DNA from: Kondoa subrosea
Taxonomy: Eukaryota
NCBI GenBank assembly: GCA_039545335.1
Contig: BCIN01000001.1
Span: forward strand, 3,599,136-3,663,135
Reading direction: 5' to 3'
Length of the DNA stretch: 64,000 nucleotides
This document shows, piece by piece, positions 61,505 to 64,000 of this stretch. The notes under the pieces are model-generated. The model worked only from the letters and a program-made list of their open reading frames with translations, had not been told where the DNA came from and did no database searches. Numbering within the stretch: the stretch's first letter is position 1; every line of letters begins with the position of its first letter. The translations under genes were made by a program, and so were the position numbers.

Positions 61505-62122
61505 GTTTGGTTCGAATGCTTGAGATTTTTGATCCTCGTCTACAGGCAACCACAGGATCTCTTTCTCCGTCACAGCGTCACACCTTCCGTCCAGCTCGCG
61601 TTGATCCGACGTCTTGATTTCTTGATTGGGAGGCAGCTGAATTTAGCTATAAGAAGCAACCACAAGGCCCCTCGGTTATTTACAAGCAGGTATCACAGGC
61701 TCTGGGAATCCAGAAAGAGCAGCTATGGCCGAGAAACCGCTGTCATTCTCATTTGGAATTCGTGGTGCAGCAGCAACTCTTCATTTCTTGTCTCAACTTG
61801 TGTCTGCTTCTTAAGGCTGTACCCGCCATCAGTGTACTCTGCATGCTGTCATAAAGTGTTCATGTTATTTTCCATTCCCTTTCTATCAGTTTCTTAAACT
61901 TCGAAGCCTGTGCTTATTAGTACGCTGTGCTAAGTTTCTGCCGAGCGAGCGCTACCAGCGCATCTGGTCTGTGCAGTTAATCATGATCTCTAGGAGAATC
62001 CTGACTCGATATGTGGAAGCTTCCCGTCCGGACGTTCGAGCGGCAAGGCTGCCAACGAGTTTTCAGTTTTCGCGTCACAAATTAATTGTTTTCCATCTTT
62101 TCGCAAACAAGCAAGTGCCACC

Positions 62123-64000
62123 ATGTCTTATCGTGTAGTTGGCTTGGTATGGCTGCTCCTATGTTCAATACAATCTGCGAGAGCTGGTAAAGCGACGAAT
62201 CAGCTCGCGATAACGCAAATTCATCCGATAGCTGTTGGCAGAATGGATGTGAGCGCTTTGTCCTATAAACATATTACCCAGCTGATGAAGTCATTAAGGC
62301 CATCGTCTCACCTGGAACAATCTCTAATCATAATCATTACTTCCTTGGAGCTAACAACCCATCACCAAATTCAAATTATGCATCTTTGCGCCAAGCGACG
62401 TGTACAAGTACTGGCTTAGGTCAAGCAGATTTGAGCTCGTATTGGCTGCCTTCGGTCTATCATCGGGCGCCAGGAGGAACAGGATACACGCTTCTCAAGT
62501 CACAGTATAACACTGTATACTACAATTGGAATCAGTTTGTCTCAACGCCATTCATTGCCTTAAGAAAGCTCTCTCATGTTCAGAAATAGAGATGGAAAAG
62601 ACCAACCGTTTCCTGATGACTTTCAAATGCTGGTTGGCAATCCCAAATCCAACGGAACGTGTCGTAATGGTACACCGACAGGGTATGCAATGTATCTCAT
62701 GATCCAAGCTACTCGCAGCTGAATTGAGGTCCTTCCTCTCAGTGCCGAATGTGCCAAATTTAGTCATTACTGGTACTGCGGCGGTCAACCTTTGTCGGTT
62801 GATCCACCGAGAGCTGCTTGCGATAGTCTTGGTGTTCATCTGACGTTCCCTTCTTGTGAGTCGGAATACAATACTTCAAGGAGCCGTCATCTCATAAATG
62901 ATCGATCAGGTTGGGATGGAATACCGTTTACTGCGGAAACTCAAGATGAACATCTTTTCTACGCCCAGGGTGATCGAAGAAGCCTAACTTGTGCAAACGG
63001 GTTAGCCAGCGTCATGATGATAGCTGGACTAGGCTGATGTTACAGCAGATTGATTCGATTGCCGCAAATCATGTATTCATGGCAATTTGATACCAAGGGA
63101 ATAGCGCCAAATGGGCCAGACGAAGACACGTGGACTCTTTCCATGGGTGAAGGAGGATTCGGTGAGCAGTCTGGCAAGTCTGCCACGTTTCCTAAGCTTA
63201 CTTGCAATGCACCAGGCTTACATGCGGACTTTATCAATGGTGCGATTGAACGCTTGTCAGCTTGATGACGTCTCACTTGCGCTCACAGGCTGGGATCGCA
63301 ATGTATTGCAAGCGACTATTGACCAGTGCCACGATCTAGACGAAAACAGTCCATTATTTTGCCCTCCGTTGGCTTCCTACTATGACAAAGCGGCAGGAGC
63401 TGCGTGTCGCTTTGCTGGTGAACTACCTGCCGAAGATGTTGGTGCAGCTGGTGCGAGATTGGCTACTTTACCAGGTCAAGATGGAGACACTTGCATTCCA
63501 AACATGGCACCGATGGTGGGAATGACAACTGACTCCCTGCCATTACCTATCGCTGCACCGGGTTCCTGTGATAATACGCCTCCGCCAAGCTCAAGCTCTG
63601 TCTTGCCTACTTCATCTGAATATCCATCGTCTAGTTTACCTCCAATCTCGTCCATCCCTTCTGCATCAGAAGTGCCTTCCAGCTCCAACTCCGGCGACTC
63701 AACTGTCCCAACATCTTCGCCTACATCTGATTCTGGCGACAATGCAGACCCAGATCCTGAATCTGACCCATTCCCTCAACAACAAGCTTCCTTCACTTCT
63801 TCTTCGGCCTCTGATTCAGCCTCTTCCTCAGCTTCTCTGTCAAGCGGATCTTCAATTCCCATATCGACCACCACACAAGCCGTTGGAGCAGTTCCGACAG
63901 ATACCAGCTTCAGCTCAACACAATTGACAACGGACGCTTCTGGACCTCTGCCGACTACTCCTCTTGTCACAGAAGCAGCTGGTCCACTACCAGTACCATC
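62123..64000 (+). CDS. Secreted DUF1996 domain protein with Ser/Thr/Pro-rich tail, 3'-truncated
   Basis: Signal peptide; RMD|AIVSPG..HNH; DLSSYWLPSVY; FPDDFQMLVG; LTFPSC|WDG; GLHADFING|WDRNVLQATIDQC; then an S/T/P-rich open frame running to the window end. Confidence 0.85.

Noticed and set aside
1..64000. Many short antisense or alternate-frame ORFs in the ORF track (e.g. 19292-19750, 23792-24229, 25154-25612)
   Set aside because: They are shadows of real genes on the opposite strand and carry no independent motifs.
1..64000. CRISPR arrays, rRNA, transposase or reverse transcriptase genes, telomeric repeats
   Set aside because: None seen. The sequence is eukaryotic, with no spaced repeats or mobile-element motifs.

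Overview
This is a gene-dense, intron-rich fungal genomic window with short (~45-65 nt) GT/GC-AG introns and many microexons. It looks basidiomycete and yeast-like; Pucciniomycotina is a guess, not demonstrated. The first ~43 kb is mostly conserved genes: MOB, AP-2 alpha, MINDY deubiquitinase, two Zn2Cys6 factors, a Gin4/Hsl1-like kinase, Shr3, a Git3-like GPCR, BiP/KAR2, a PXA-PX nexin, a ModF-like ABC ATPase, COG8, a sugar porter, TMEM115, a TBC RabGAP and HPC2/ubinuclein. It also holds a secreted Cys-rich EGF-like protein and two apparently decayed genes. The most notable feature is an uninterrupted ~17 kb block (44.9-61.5 kb) of glycosylation genes: a GDP-fucose-type nucleotide-sugar transporter, an unclassified type II membrane GT-like gene, three GT90 (CAP10/CXT1-like) and two GT61 glycosyltransferases. 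A secreted DUF1996 protein follows it. This looks like a candidate polysaccharide or capsule biosynthesis gene cluster. Gene models were spliced by eye, so boundaries are approximate, and family calls come from motif recognition rather than database searches.
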